Shown here: positions 24,597-38,542 of the stretch, piece after piece | How positions within the stretch are numbered: the first letter of the stretch is position 1 | Layout of the letters: every line of letters starts with the position of its first letter | NCBI GenBank assembly: GCA_030390025.1 | Contig: CM059431.1 | Span: forward strand, 144,090,001-144,154,000 | Reading direction: 5' to 3' | Origin: Squalus acanthias | Lineage: Eukaryota | DNA: 64,000 nucleotides | Program-made: the position numbers and the translations under genes | Notes under the pieces: model-generated | What the model saw: the letters and a program-made list of their open reading frames with translations, nothing else | What the model was told of the DNA's origin: nothing | The model's database searches: none

Positions 24597-27269
24597 AGAA
24601 TTAAACAAAAGCTTCCTGTCTTAACTAGAGTTAAATTACAGCCCGTGCGCTATTTTAGGAATAAACAGTATCAGAGGATAATTCTCCCACTTTGTGCCGT
24701 GTGTTTGATGTCTGCTGCTTTCCCCGGGGGAACATAATCGATTCCCGGTAAAACAGTGCACTTCCCGCTCAAGATTCAAAGAGAACAGTCATGACTGAGC
24801 TTCAGCAGTGGAGTAGAACATGTGGGCATCAGCGATAACTGCCTTACACCGCAGGCAAAGGAAACATTTTCCCATTTTAAATAATAGTTAAAGTTTCCTT
24901 TAGTGTAGAAACAATGTGTTACAATGGTGGTTATCTGTAATTCTGTAATCTCGGTGTGAATATTGCAGGCGCTGGTCTCTCCATCAGACTCCGCCCCCCA
25001 TTGTCTCCTGGACCAATAGAACGGGGCCCTGTCTCCTGATCAGTGTCTGATGATGGAGACAGTAGGAACTTGACTCGTCAATGTGACATAAGACATCTTT
25101 GTTCACAGATGTTTACTGAAAATCTCAACTGGTCATCAAAATGTCGGAATGTTATAACAGTGGACAGTCCATTCGACCCAATCAGTTCTTGTCGGCGTTT
25201 ACCCCCCAAAAGATCAAATAGTTCCAATCACTTTACCCGCCCATCCCAACATCCCGTCACCCGATTCTATTCATCCATCTATACAATTTAGTCTTCAACG
25301 TTGATATAATTTCAAGCTCTCTGAATTCCATAGCTTCAGAACTTTCCATGTAAAGATGTTTCTTCTCCACTCAGTTCTAAATCTATTACCTTTTAAAATC
25401 TATGGCCGTTACTTTCAGATCCCCAAACTAATGGAAGCAGTCTGCTTCTATCTATCCTGTCCCGTCTCTTTTTAACTGAAATCACCTGGGCACGAGGCAC
25501 CAAAATAGATCAATCTGGTATCAATACACAGCTTAGTGAAAGTCTGCACAGTGTAGTTAATATAATTGAAAGCTTTCTCTTAGAGATGGTTGTGTCCTTG
25601 CTTATTCTGAACAATGAGAATAATGTATTTTACAGCTTGAACACTAATCGAAACATCGGGAGTGAGCAGGGGCGCATCTAATCAAAAACCTCCAGACCCC
25701 CCGATTTTTTGATATAGTCAGAAAGAGCAGGAATAGCTTGTATCGGATATCTTGTGCTGCACGATCTGACGATATATCCGTATGCACAGAGGTGACTTAT
25801 TGCACGTGAAGCAACCAGCATGCGATACACATGAAGCAGATACCCTGAAGAATGGGTCCAAGATATGGTCAGTCACGCTGACATCACCACTACATGAAAT
25901 GGCAAATGTGGCTCTGGAGAGTGAGATCATGGGTAAAACCAAAGGGTAGAGATCTGTGCCATAGAATCGGTCCAGATACTTATATGATGCTAATGAAATG
26001 TTGCTTAATGTTTCCCTTAAATACTCTAACGCCAGTAGAGGGGTTAATATGAGGAAAGCGTTAATCAGACTGCCCTGATGTCTGCTAATGTAATATTTTC
26101 TTGGTTTCTCTTTATATTTTGTTAATGTTAATCTTTAGCCTTTGCTTGTTAAGCAAGGAATTACAAGTCAATTTAAAGCACCACTGAGTTGTTGGGCCAG
26201 GGCTGACTCAGCAACAAAGGTCAGTTTCGGAATGAAGTAATCAGAGATTTAATTAAAAACATGCTATTTTATATTGATTATACATTTTAGATTTCATTAA
26301 TCATTTGATAACGTGTGGGAAGGTGTTAGTTCTACAAAGAGAAATATCTGGCCATATATCATCATTTTTAATTGACATCAATGATACATAAACAAAGCAA
26401 AACATATCATTCACGGTTTCACTTGGTAGAATTGCAATTAACTGGATCAAGAGTGAAACTATCGATAAGATAATGAAATACTTGTTTGCTCAATGGGAAA
26501 ACAGCACGTTCAGCAAGGAAAACTGTCGTTATTGATCAAGGATAACCTAATTACATTTTCCTTATATGAAGCTGAATAATAATTTTAATATAATTATATT
26601 ATACAGAATTGTGTGCATTTCCATGTAGAGAACGTGAAGAAAATGTACGGAATCGAGCTGTTTTTAATGATTATTGGATTTTCTTAAATAAACAATAAGC
26701 TCAGAACTGCAAAACTTTTGAATCCCCAACCAACCATCATCAGATGTGGCTATAATTTGCACCGTTTAATTGTATGCTTACGCACTATTTTGTGTATAAT
26801 GCGCTTAATAAACCAATAATATCTCAATTGAATGTTCAAGAAACGTATTGAAAACCTGCCGCTAACAATAACCTTGGTATCTTAAATGTGCATGGGGTTC
26901 ATTTACTAATTGTTATTAAATACGCCCTTTACACGTCACTCTCTAATCTTTCACTTCATCCTGAGCTTCTCCGAAACCCAAACTCCAAACGGCTTCAGGT
27001 CCCCCTGGAGCCCAGACTCTGCCGATCCGGCTGGCATTCAGCTTTTGTGGGAAGTGGTGATTAATTCCGGGCTGTCAGTGTAATAGGCATATTCTCATTT
27101 AAATGGATTCAGAAGACCAACAATATTTAAGGCAATTGTTAGGCAGCAGGCAGCGATTTTAATTCCATTGGTCAGCGATGTATCTGCACGCAGCTTCGAT
27201 CGTGAAAAGCCGATATGTAATCAAGCCGATCAACTAATAACAACAATTAAAATAGGGAGCAAAAGCATG

Positions 27270-28065
27270 AACAAGTGAGGTGCGAGTGACTGCCGTTGAC
27301 AGCAAGGCAGCATTTCACCGAGTGTGGCATCAAGGAGCCCCTATAAAACTGAAGTCAATGGAAATCAGGGGGAAAAATTTCGACTGGCTGGAGTCATACC
27401 TAGCACAAAGGAAGATGGTTGTGGTTGTCACAGCCCTAGGAAATCGCGGCAGGGGTTCCTTAGGACAGTGTCCTAGGCCCAACCATCTTCAGCTGATTCA
27501 TCAATAACCGTCCCTCCAACATAAGGTCAGAAGTGGGGATGTTCACTGATGCTTGCACAGTTTTCAGTGCCATTCTCAACTCCTCAGGCAATGAAGCAGT
27601 TCATGGCCGCATGCAACAAGACCTGGACAACATTCAGGTTTGGGTTGATAAGTGACAGGTAATATTCGGGCCTCACAAGTGCCAGGCAATGACTATCTCC
27701 AACAAGCGAGGATGTAACCATCGCCCCTTGACATTCAACGGCAATACCATCGCCAAATCCTCCACCATCAACATCCTGGGGGTCACCATTGACCAGAAAC
27801 GTAACTGGACCATCCACATAAATATTATAGCAACAAGAGCAGGTCAGATGCTAGGTATTCTGTGGCACGTGTCTCACCTCCTGACTCCCCAAAGCCTTTC
27901 TACCATCTACGAGGCACAAGTAAGCAGTGTGATGGAATATTCTCCACTTGCCTGCATGACTGCAGCTGCAATAACAGTCAAGAAGCTCGACACGATCCAG
28001 GACAAAGCAGCCCGCTTGATGGATACCCCATCCACCATCTCACATATTCAGTCCCTCCACCACCG
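27270..28065 (+). mobile_element. CR1/L2-group LINE RT fragment
   Basis: DSKAAFHRVWHQG...WLESYL; EYSPLAC...LDTIQDKAARL. Confidence 0.85.
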
Positions 28066-28649
28066 GGGGTGTGGCGGGAAATCTGGCGCTAAACTCGCTG
28101 CAGCAATGACATGGCCAAGGCAGACTGTGGTTTGTGAAACTGTCTGGATTACAGCAGTGTCTCGGGATGCTGGTTCCTCACACACTGAGCCCTCACATTC
28201 ACACACTCTTCACTTTGTTCTTACTGTGTGAAATACAACAAAGGACTCCCCGGATTCGAGGTTCTGAGGGCAGGAGGCCCGCGGAGGGCACGGTACAGAC
28301 CCGCGGGGGAGGGGGTGAGGAGTTTGATCTTGGCAGTGAGTGTGATCTCCAGCAATTCCTGCTTTCTGCTGAAAGGCGGCAGAAGTGAACTCATAGGAGC
28401 AGACAAGGTAACAGGAGTCAGTGCCTCATCTAACAGTGCGCTATATAACCATGTTCACCACTTCCAGTCCCTGGCCTCATTGCATTGATCACCAGACAGC
28501 TGGATAGCAAAGTGCAGGAGGGGCCTCAATAATCTTCACGCCACCCCATCCTTTCCCAACAGGCCTTCCTTCAATCAGAACGACATTTCAGAAATCTGTG
28601 GAAGACTCACATGACGCTTATTATCTGCTTTCTGTTCCGGTTATCACCT

Positions 28650-28738
28650 AAAATGGGAAGTCGCACAACACCAGGTTATAGTCCAACCGTTTTATTTGAA
28701 ATTACGAGCTTTCGGAGCTCTGCTCCTTCGTCAGGTAC
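28650..28738 (-). mobile_element. Penelope terminal-repeat fragment
   Basis: Matches the terminus of the Penelope copy at 42516-42642 (AAGTCGCACAACACCAGGTTATAGTCCAAC). Confidence 0.8.
28703..28737 (-). ncRNA. Minimal type I hammerhead ribozyme motif
   Basis: TAC CTGACGA A GGAGC-AGA-GCTCC GAAA GCTC GTA: core, stem II, stem I TAC/GTA, palindromic AGCT stem III, CUC triplet. Confidence 0.75.
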
Positions 28739-29049
28739 AGTGAGCGATTAAGGACCGCTTTCTGGCCCCTGGGTTATATTCCATATAAAGCCAAACGGAG
28801 CGGCTTCACACTCTGCACTTTCTTCTGATGGTGGAAACAACCCACCAACCATTCTAAGGAAGTGTCGCCTCAGTCCCACAAGAAACGTGCTGGACAGCAT
28901 CAGTCAATTAGGTCTGAACCGCCTGGTACTGATGGCCCACTGAGGAGAGGGGAGAGACTGGGATGAACGGACCTATAATTGTAGGAATCGGCAGGGGCAC
29001 CGGGGGTTATCAAAAGAGGGAAGCACAGAGAATGGTTTCCTTTCATTAT

Positions 29050-29615
29050 TATTGGGATTTGGGAATATGATTTGGGCAAGGTAGTGTATTCCGGTGAGAA
29101 AGACATGTTACAAAAAGGATGCAGAGTCACTGGACAAGGTGCAGAAGATATTTACAAGAACGATACCAGAACTGAGAAGTTATAACTTTCAGGAAACAAT
29201 GAACAGGCTGATTCTTTTCACCGGAAAAGAGAAGGCTGATGTTCACTTGATATAGGTCCTTCCGATTCTGAAGTGATTTGATAGGTTGGACGGAGATAGA
29301 TGTTTCCTCTTGTGGGGAATCGAAACGCTATGGCCCATAAATATAAGAGAGTCACAATTATATCCAATAGGGAATTCAGGAGACACATCTTTATTCAGAG
29401 AGTGGTTAGAATGTGAAACTCGCTACCATATGGAGTAGTTGAGGCGAATATTATAGATGCATTTAAGGGGAAGCTAGATAAACACTTGAGGGAGAATGAA
29501 TATGCTGACAGGATCAGATGAAATAGGGTGGGAGGAGGTACCTGTGGAGTTCAAACACCAGCCAGTTCAGATGTCGCGAATGGTCTGTTTCAGTGTTGTA
29601 GGTTCCATGTAATTG
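29050..29615 (+). mobile_element. CR1 3' fragment
   Basis: TCAGAGAGTGGTTAGAATGTG...GCATTTAAGGGGAAGCTAGATA CR1 3' hallmark. Confidence 0.8.
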
Positions 29616-30229
29616 TTTGTAAAACGAGAATCAGGATGTTTTCCGATGGGAGCCTCGGTAGTTATGTAGCACAGCTCCGTGATAGCGGGACTGGTATATT
29701 TTTCAGACGTCACTGATCTTATTCCTGCTCTGGTGCCACCTCTGACCTGCGGTCACAGATATCTGACAGCGGGCACTGGGCTCTCCTGGGCGACTTCTTA
29801 TTTAAACGAGTCTCCAGCTGCCTGCAAGCGCTGCTGCTCCTCATCATTTCCATATTCCTGCTCTCCATAGACACGAGTACAGGGGAAGGTCCAAAATATC
29901 CCACAGCACCGGTGGTGATGGAGAAACCTTTCTCAGCTGGAAATAGCTAAAAGGCCAAAAATAGGGACTCTTCCGAATGAAAGATTCCTCAATTACATAA
30001 TCCGAATAAAATTGATCCATAATGAATCGCTCCTGACAACCGCCACCGAGCAACAAGCAGCATCACTTCGGTGGGGATTTGTCAGTCGGACTACGGACGG
30101 TAGAGACGGTAATTCCCACATTATTTACTCCCATTTTTATGCAGCGAGCAGGACGGGTGTTGCCAATTTTGGACCGTCGGAAGATCAGCGCCAGGCACTT
30201 CCACTGCACGTTCCGCACGGTCAAATCTT

Positions 30230-33200
30230 GTATAAGTGTCGTGTTCCTTTAGTACCGGAGAAGAACGGTGAACTTTACTGTAGTTGTCGGGTATCAATAG
30301 TTCCGAAGAAGCAAGTTCAGTTCTGGTATAATTGTAGGGTAAGAGTAGTACTGGAAGAGCATTGACAACTCTAGTGAAGTGTAGGTTACCACAAGTATCG
30401 AAGGCGCACGTTCACCTATAATGCAATTTTATTGATGCAAATAGTAACGGATTTGCACTTCAACTATGGTGTAAGTGTAGGGTTACCACTAGTACAGGAG
30501 GAGGATGGTCACATTTAGCGTAACTCTAGGATACCACAAACACTGGAACATGGTCACTTGTAATGCATGTGTAGGGGTTCCACTAGAAAAGGAGGAGCAC
30601 TGTCATACCAATGCAAGTGTAGCGGTACCATTGGTACTGGAGGAGGAATATAAGGCAGTAGGACATAACAATTAGGAGCACCAGTAGGGCATAAGGCCCC
30701 TCGAGCCTGCACCAACATTGAGTAAGATCTTGGCTTATTGTCGGCCTCAACTCCACTTTCCCGCCCGTTCCCCATATCCTTGCATTCCCCTAGAGTCCTA
30801 AAATCTATCTATCTTAGCCATGAATATACTCAACGATTCAGCATCCACAGCTTTTTGGGGTAGAGAATTCCAAAAATTCACATCCGTCTGAGTGAGGAAA
30901 TTCCTCCTCATCGCACTCTGAAAATGCCGAGCCCTTATCCCGTGACTATGACCCCTAGTTCTATACACTCCAGTGAGGGGAAATATGCTCTCAGGATCTT
31001 AAATGTTTCAAGATACCACATCTCATTCTTCTAAACTCCAGAGTGTATAGTCCCAATCTACTCAATATCTCATCATAGGACAAGCCTCAAATCCCAGGAA
31101 TCAATCTAGTGAACATTCGTTGCACCGCCTCTAAGACAAGTATTTCCTTTCTTAGATAAGGAGACCAAAACTGTGCATAGTAAGCCAGGTGTGGTCTCGC
31201 CAAAGCCCTGTAAAATTGTAGCATGACCTCCTTACTCTTGTACACCAAACCGCTAGAAATCAAGGCCAACTCGCCATTTGCCTTCCTAATTGCTTGTTAT
31301 ACCTGCATGCTAACTTTCTGTGTTTTTGTAGTAGAACACCTAAATCTCTTTTAACACCAACATTTAGTTTCTCACCATTTAAAAATGTTCTGCTTTTCTA
31401 TCCTTCCAAACAAAGTGAGTAAGCTCACATTTCCCCACATTATACTCCATCTGCCACCATTTTGCCTTCGCCCTTGACTTGTCTATAGCCCTTTGTAGTC
31501 TCTTTGCGTCCTCCTCACAACTTATTGTCCCACATAGCTTTGAATCTTCAGCAAATATGGATATATTGCAATCGGTCCCTTCATCCAAGTCATTAATATA
31601 GAAGGTAAATAGTTGAGGCCCAAGCAATGAACTTGAGGCACTCTGATAAGTTACAGCCTGCCAATCTGAAAAGGATCCGTTTATCCCTACTCACGCTTTT
31701 CTGTCTGTTAACCAATCCTCTATTCATGCGAAAACATTACCCCTAAACCCATGTGCCCTTATCTTGCGTAACAACATTTGATGTGGCGAGTTATCGAATC
31801 TCTTTTGGAAATACAAATATCCTACATCCAGTTGTTGCCCTTTATCTACCCTGCTAGTTATATCCTCAAAGAACTCTAATAAATTGTTCAACCAAACATT
31901 TCACTTTCAAAATAGCATGCTGTCTGTCTCTTATCATATTAAAATGTAACATGAGTGCTGTTACCACTGGAGCACGGACAATTACAATTAAAGTGTAGAG
32001 TGCCACTATGGCAGGAGTAGAACTCTCAGATTTAGTACTTGTGTCGGGTACCACTCGTACCAGAGGAGCAAGATCACATCTAGTGTAAGTGTAGGAACCA
32101 CTAGTACCGGAGGAGCCCCGTCACCTCCAGTATATGTGTAGGGGCACTGCCAGTACTGGAGGAGCCCGGTTACCTATAGTTTCAGTTTAGGGGTACCACT
32201 AGTACCGGAGGAGCCCGGTCACCTCTAGTGTCAGTGTAGGAACCACTAGTACCGGAGGAGCCCGGTCACCTCTAGTGTAGAGTAGGGGTACCACTAGTAC
32301 CGGAGGAGCCCGGTCACCTCTAGTGTAACTGTAGGATACCACTCATACCGGAGGAGCCCGATCAACTCTAGTTTATGTGTAGGGGCACCACCAGTACTGT
32401 TGGAGCCCGGTCACCTCTCGTGTAAGTGTAGGCTACCACTAGTACAGGAGGAGCCCGTTTAGCTCTAGTGTAAGTGTAGGATACCACTAGTACCGGAGGA
32501 GCCCGGTCACCTCTAGTGTAACTGTAGGATACCACTCCCACCGGAGGAGCCCGGTCACCTCTAGTGTAAGTGTAGAGAACCACTAGTATCGGAGGAGCCC
32601 GGTCACCTCTAGTGTAAGTGCAGGGAACCACTTGTATGGTGGAGCCCGGTCAGCGCTAGTGTAAGTGCAGGGGTACCACTAGTACAAGAGGAGCCCGGTC
32701 ACCTCTAGTGTAAGTGTAGGGAACCACTCGTACCGGAGGGGCGCAATCACCTCTTGTATAAGTGTAAGGAACCATTAGTACAAGAGGAACCCGTCACCTC
32801 TCGTGTAAGTGGAAGACTAACACTCGTGCCGGAGGTGCCCGGTCACCTCTAGTGTAAGTGTAAGAAACCACTAGTACCGGAGGAGCCCGGTCACCTCTAG
32901 TATAGGTGTAAGGAACCATTCGTACTGGAGGAGCCCGGTCACCTCTAGTGTAAGTGTAGGGAACCACTGGTACCAGAGGAGCCCGGTCACCTCCAGTATA
33001 TGTGTAGGGGCACTACCAGTACTGGAAGAGCCCGGTTACCTCTAGTGTCAGTTTAGGGGTACCACTAGTACCGGAGGAGCCCGGTCACCTCTAGTGTCAG
33101 TGTAGGAACCACGATTACAGGAGGACCCCGTTCAAATCTAGAATATGTGTACGGGCACTACCAGTACAGGAGGAGCCCGGTCACCTCTAGTGTAAGTGTA

Positions 33201-34285
33201 GGAACCACTAGTACCAGAGGAGCCCGATCAACTCTAGTTTATGTGTAGGGGCACCACCAGTACTGTAGGAGCCCGGTCACCTCTAGTGTAAGTGTAGGCT
33301 AACACTACAGGAGGTTCCCGTTCAGCTCTAGTGTAAGTGTAGGATACCACTAGTACCGGAGGAGCCCCGTCACCTATCGTGTAACTGTAGGATACCACTC
33401 CCACCGGAGGAGCCCGGTCACCTCTAGTGTAAGTGTAGAGAACCACTAGTATCGGAGGAGCCCGGTCACCTCTAGTGTAAGTGCAGGAAACCACTTGTAT
33501 GGTGGAGCCCGGTCAGCGCTAGTGTAAGTGCAGGGGTACCACTAGTACAAGAGGAGCCCGGTCACCTCTAGTGTAAGTGTAGGGAACCACTAGTACCGGA
33601 GGAGCCCGATCACCTCTAGTGTAGGTGTAAGGAACCATTCGTATCGAGGAGCCCGGTCACCTCTAGTGTAAGTGTAGGGAACCATTAGCACAAGAGGAAC
33701 CCGTCACCTCTCGTGTAATTGTAAGACTAACACTCGTGCCGGAGGTGCCCGGTCACCTCTAGTGTAAGTGTAAGGAACCACTACTACCGGAGGAGCCCGG
33801 TCACCTCTAGTGTAGGTGTAAGGAACCATTCGTATCGAGGAGCCCGGTCACCTCTAGTGTAAGTGTAGGGAACCACTAGTACCGGATGATCCCGGTCACC
33901 TCTAGTGTAAGTAGAGGGAACCACACGCAGCGGAGGAGCCCGCTCACCTCCAGTGTAAGTGTAGGGAACAAATAGTATCGGAGGAAACGGTCACGTCTAG
34001 TGTAAGTGTAGGATACCACTAGTACCAGAGGAGTACAATCACCTCTATTGTAAGTGTAGGATACCATTAGTTACAGAGGAGCCCGGTCACCTCAGTGTAA
34101 ATGTACGGAACCACTTGTACAGAAGGAGCCCGGCCACCTCTAGTCTAAGTGTAGGGAACCACTAGTACCGGAGGAGCCCGGTCACCTCTAGTGTAAATGT
34201 ACGGAACAACTAGTACCGAAGAAGCCCGGTCATCTCTAGTGTAAGTGTAGGGAACCACTAGACCGGAGGAGCACGTTCACATCCA
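30230..34285. repeat. ~48-bp minisatellite upstream of GPCR copy 3 (degenerate 30230-30650, homogeneous 32040-34285)
   Basis: Unit GTACCGGAGGAGCCCGGTCACCTCTAGTGTAAGTGTAGGGAACCACTA; split by a CR1 insertion. Confidence 0.92.
30657..31945 (-). mobile_element. CR1 fragment inserted in the 48-bp array
   Basis: LGPQLFTFYINDLDEG...FAEDSKL; RPHLAYYAQFWSPYLRK. Confidence 0.88.
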
Positions 34286-34572
34286 GTGCTGCTGGACTGT
34301 GTTCATCATCAGTATTGCAGGTTGTGTTTCACTGCCGGTTCTGGAGAAGTTGAGGCATTAGGAATGAATCAAAGGCAGGGTCAAGACGGTTAGTGCCTGG
34401 GGAGCTGCCTTCACCATTGCTGTGAATAGGGTCAGCACTGGTACTGCGCTATTACACTTCCCACTTCTGAACAATGCTTTATCTTTGGAAACTGTCCAAA
34501 AATAACTTCACATCTTTCTATTAATCTGACGATTCAGACAAATAAACAACTTTTCTGAGTCTATTTGTTAAA

Positions 34573-34643
34573 TGACTGTAACTAATTCTAATTAAGAGTT
34601 AACCTGATTGACTCGCTGGAGGATTGATGTGTGGATAAATATA
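34573..34643 (+). promoter_or_regulatory. GPCR copy 3 proximal promoter motif plus TATA-like box
   Basis: TGACTGTAACTAATTCTAATTAAGAGTTAACCTGATT 34573-34609, GATAAATATA 34634. Confidence 0.6.
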
Positions 34644-34720
34644 GGTTCCCTTCCATTGCCTCAGCCGTGCGCCAGTCAGAGGCTTTCAGCTTCGACAGAA
34701 TTCATCCATTCTCACAGAAA

Positions 34721-36127
34721 ATGGGGCGACCAACTATTCTGCTGATCAAAGAGATTTACTACCCGATTCTCGCGGCCGTCGGTGTCCCCGGTGAGCCACT
34801 GTAAACTGTTTGTTGTTAATCGGGGTTAACTGTAACCCAGTTCATAACGCATGTTGGATCAGGTAACGTGATGGGAACCAACTCGTGAACCACGTGTCCT
34901 CACTTTCCGCGTTACCCTTAATCCGATAACATTACTGGTGTTTCAATGTTCTTTGAAGCTCTAACACAAGATGTTCGTGGATTTTCGGAACGCTTTGTCA
35001 CCCCGTGCAGAGGGAGCGCTGCCGCTGCTCATTAACATATGGGGGGGGGGGGGTTCCCAGGTAATGGCTCCAAAACTAATCCTGTTCTCACATTGCTCCG
35101 TGTTGATAATCACACTGAATGGAGTAAAATCCTGTCAACAGGGATCTCCATATATATTTCAATCAGACACGGGAAAATTATTTTTCTCCTCCTCCTTTCT
35201 CTTACAGCGAACTTGTTGACAATGGTGATTCTCTCCCGAGGAAACTGCGGCCTTTCCAAATGTATCTCTGTCTACATGGTGGCCATGGCAACAGCAGATC
35301 TACTGGTCATGACCTTCAATGTAATAATGTATTATATTTTCAGTTATCACTTTCCACTTTCCTTCCTGTCCCACACTCCCGTGTGTAAGTTCATTATATA
35401 AATGGTTATTTTCACCCTAGATTTGTCTGTGTGGTTCACTGTTTCCTTCACATTTGACCGATTTGTAGTTATCTGCTGCCACAAGTTTAAAACAAAGTAT
35501 TGCACCGAGAGATCTGCGGTCGCGGTTGTAACAACTTTCTCGCTCCTGATCTTGTCGAAGAACATCCCCCTTTTGTTTGCATATGAACCTCAGCAAATAA
35601 TTAACAAGGTGCAGTGGGGCTGCGGGTCAAGTGTAGCTTTTTTTTCCTCACCTCCAGGTGCAGCGTTCTCCTGGTTTCACATCGCCTGTCTCCTTTGCCT
35701 TCCTTCTAATTTAATCGCCTTGTTTAATTCTTTGACAATCAGACGTATTTTAGTGGCCAGCAGAGCCCGCAGGGGACTCCGGGGTCAGAGCAGTGAGAAT
35801 CAGAGCGATTCAGAGATGGATAACCGAAGGAAATCCATCATTTTGCTCTTCACTATATCGGGCAGCTTTATAGTGTTGTGGTTGACAGCTGTCGTTAGTT
35901 TTGCAACGACCAGACTGACAAACCCCAATTATTACCGAGGTGACCGCACAAACCCTGGATATATCGCCACTGAAACCGGAGCCATGCTGAAGCTTTTAAG
36001 CTCCTGTCCCAACACGTGTATTTATGCAGCGACCCAGAGAAAATTCAGAGAAGAGCTGAAGAAGGTGCTGAAATCTCCCATGACAGTGATTCTAAGATTG
36101 GTTAAACATGAAATAAATATGAACTAG
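34721..36127 (+). pseudogene. GPR139-like GPCR copy 3 (exons 34721-34790, 35208-36127), one in-frame nonsense codon
   Basis: 329-codon spliced frame with 7TM motifs (GVPAN, ADL, DRF, NTCIY); TAA at 35399-35401 where paralogs have TAC/TAT. Confidence 0.88.
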
Positions 36128-37199
36128 AGCTCGCTTTGGAACATAAACATTCACTTTTAGCTCTTATTTTAGCTTAGACTGGGTTTCTCAATCCTTACAG
36201 CTGCACCAAGTTAACGTTGTGTATATGGACTTTCAAAAGTCTTTCGACAAAGTACTACATGATAGACCTGTTAGCAAAATTGAAACAAAATTGAATTCAA
36301 AATTGATAACAGCAAAAAGGAAGCATAAGATAAATGTTAGCTAAATAATTCAGTGGAGCACCAAGCTGAACACAAATTAGACAGGGTGTGATAAGGTAAA
36401 TATGAAGAAATTGTTTCCAGGGGCAGACTGCTCGGTAACCAGAAGACACAGATTTAAGGTAATTGGCACAAAAACCAGCGGGCACATTAGGAAAGAAAAA
36501 TGCTAAAAATCTAGCAGAGGGGCGGGACTTATTTGTTATCTCTCTCTTTCAAAGAGCTGGGACTTGCACAATGGGCCTAATGGCCTCCCTCTGTACTGCA
36601 TAATTATATGCTTCTACGATTCAATGATCCCCGTGCAGTTGTTCTTAGTGAGTGGCAGTTTAGGGTGTAAATTTAACAAATGCTGCACAAAGAAAGCGGA
36701 GAGACTGATTGTGGGAAGCGGATATGGAATCTTGAAATAACTTTGGGAGATGTGGGTTCACAGTGAAGAGCTCAGACAGCACAGTAAGACACAAATTCAC
36801 GTGAACCCTCCGCGAGACCTTTCTCACCAATTAGCACTAACAGATAAGTAGGGGTTATTTCCTTTAACAGAAATTGGACTCAATCTGAAAAGTATATGAA
36901 TTATTGTATTATTGCTAGTGGTTCAATGTAAGCGCATCACGCACTGTATCCAATCGTTACAATACATTAGTAATGGTAATAAATTCCAAAAAAATCATTT
37001 AGCTTTGGAATTGAACCTAAACATTCGGAGCTGCTCAGCAATTATCTGTCAGAAATGCCTCCTGTAGTTTCACCCCAATCTTGCATCTCTTTCTGGAGCC
37101 GGATCCTTATATTTTGCTAAAATTTCAGAATCAAGATACCCAGCCAAATACCGGACTCCCATAATGCCTCAGTTCATTTTGAATCTCTGTCACGGGTGG

Positions 37200-37285
37200 A
37201 CTACAACTCCCAGAATGCAGCAGCGTATTTATGCTCGCTAGTCTGTTTAACTCCCAATACTGCAATGGAGAAAACCCCGCCCCTC
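37200..37285 (+). promoter_or_regulatory. ZNF143/STAF-type site plus GC box
   Basis: ACTACAACTCCCAGAATGCA at 37200-37219 matches the extended SBS consensus; CCCCGCCCC at 37275-37283. Confidence 0.6.
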
Positions 37286-37857
37286 CTCCTCTTTAGTCCA
37301 ATTCCTCAGTGAGGAGTTAAAGGAGTGAATGAAGGATTCGTCTGTTTCCTCAGCTTATATCTTTCAGGAAAATAAAGTCCAGCTTTTCAGCAATGGGATC
37401 CCCAAGACGTGGGAAGATACTTGGATTCACAACACAGGACATTCCGTGCACTGTATGCTGTTTAGGGCCCCTTCAACACAACACAACAGAATTCCTCTGT
37501 GTGTAATTCAATACAGCGCATATAACTTGGATTCCAGATCTGGATTTGTTACAGTCGGAACAGACACCACAGAATATCCCATTAATAACTGTGACGATGA
37601 TTAGGATATATCGGCAACTTAACAACATAAAGTTAATTAATAGTGTTCCTATTATTGCCTCCTAAACTGCAGTAATTATAGTGACAGGTGTACTCCATTT
37701 AAGGTATGTTTTTGATGTTATTCGCTTCTTTCAAGATAATTTTCTTGCGTTCTTCGTTGTTTATCGATTGTTAAGCTCCTCAGGTTGAGATTCATCAGTT
37801 TAACTTTGCCTGTGTTACGCACCATGTGGATGTTGCAGTTTGTTTACAGAAGTTTAT

Positions 37858-38542
37858 CGCAAGTATTTTCCGATCGGAGGCTTCCTGCGTGTGGAGGCCT
37901 CCCATCTGGAAAAAAATCAATGCCTTTACCTGAGGTCAGCTGAGGTCCGGACACTTCCGATCCTGGGCCGTTCCACTACGAAATGCGCAGGGCCCAGGTA
38001 TCCCAGGTATCCAGGGGCGCATGCGGTTCACGTGAGCCATGGGGAACCAATGAAAGAAGGGAATCCCCCTTCATGCCTTTGACAGTTCGACCACGTCAAA
38101 AGTATGAATGGAGATCACTCCAAAAACACATCAAAACATTAAAAAAAAATGTTTAAATCAGGCTTTTAAAATTAGTTAAACTTACGCTAAATTAATATTT
38201 TAAACACAAATTAATTATTTGAAAAAAATTAAAGCTTTTTACGGGGCTAAAAATAAACTTACCTTTTTAAAATTATTTTTAAATTATAAATTCGTAAATT
38301 TCTTTTTAACTTTTTAAAACTCTTATGCTGGTAAAAGCAGGCCTCACGCCTTTTACCAGGTGTAAGACTTTTAAACGTTTTCTGCAGAAAGCGGAACAAT
38401 CCACCCGCAGAGGCCCTTCTCCCGGGAAGGTCGGTGGATCTGTCCAGACGATTGTTGACAGATCGGAAGGGCCTGTTTCTAGCACATGCGCTTCGCACCT
38501 ACACAAGGCATACACAGCTGTATGCATCGGAAAGTACGGGCC
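37858..38542. mobile_element. MITE of the same family as 13565 and 54168
   Basis: Terminal GTATTTTCCGAT / ATCGGAAAGTAC inverted repeat; shared core AAAATAAACTTACCTTTT and GCTGGTAAAAGCAG. Confidence 0.7.

Noticed and set aside
25700..25990. Possible isolated exon
   Set aside because: No convincing splice pair or recognisable peptide; stops in the frames checked
32368..34067. RGD-containing repetitive peptides (YTRGDRAPP)
   Set aside because: Translation of the 48-bp repeat; frame broken by 47/49-bp units
35039..35207. ORF-track N-termini for the GPCRs (also 23638-23707 and 54101-54206)
   Set aside because: Intronic read-through; true N-termini come from the conserved 70-nt exon 1
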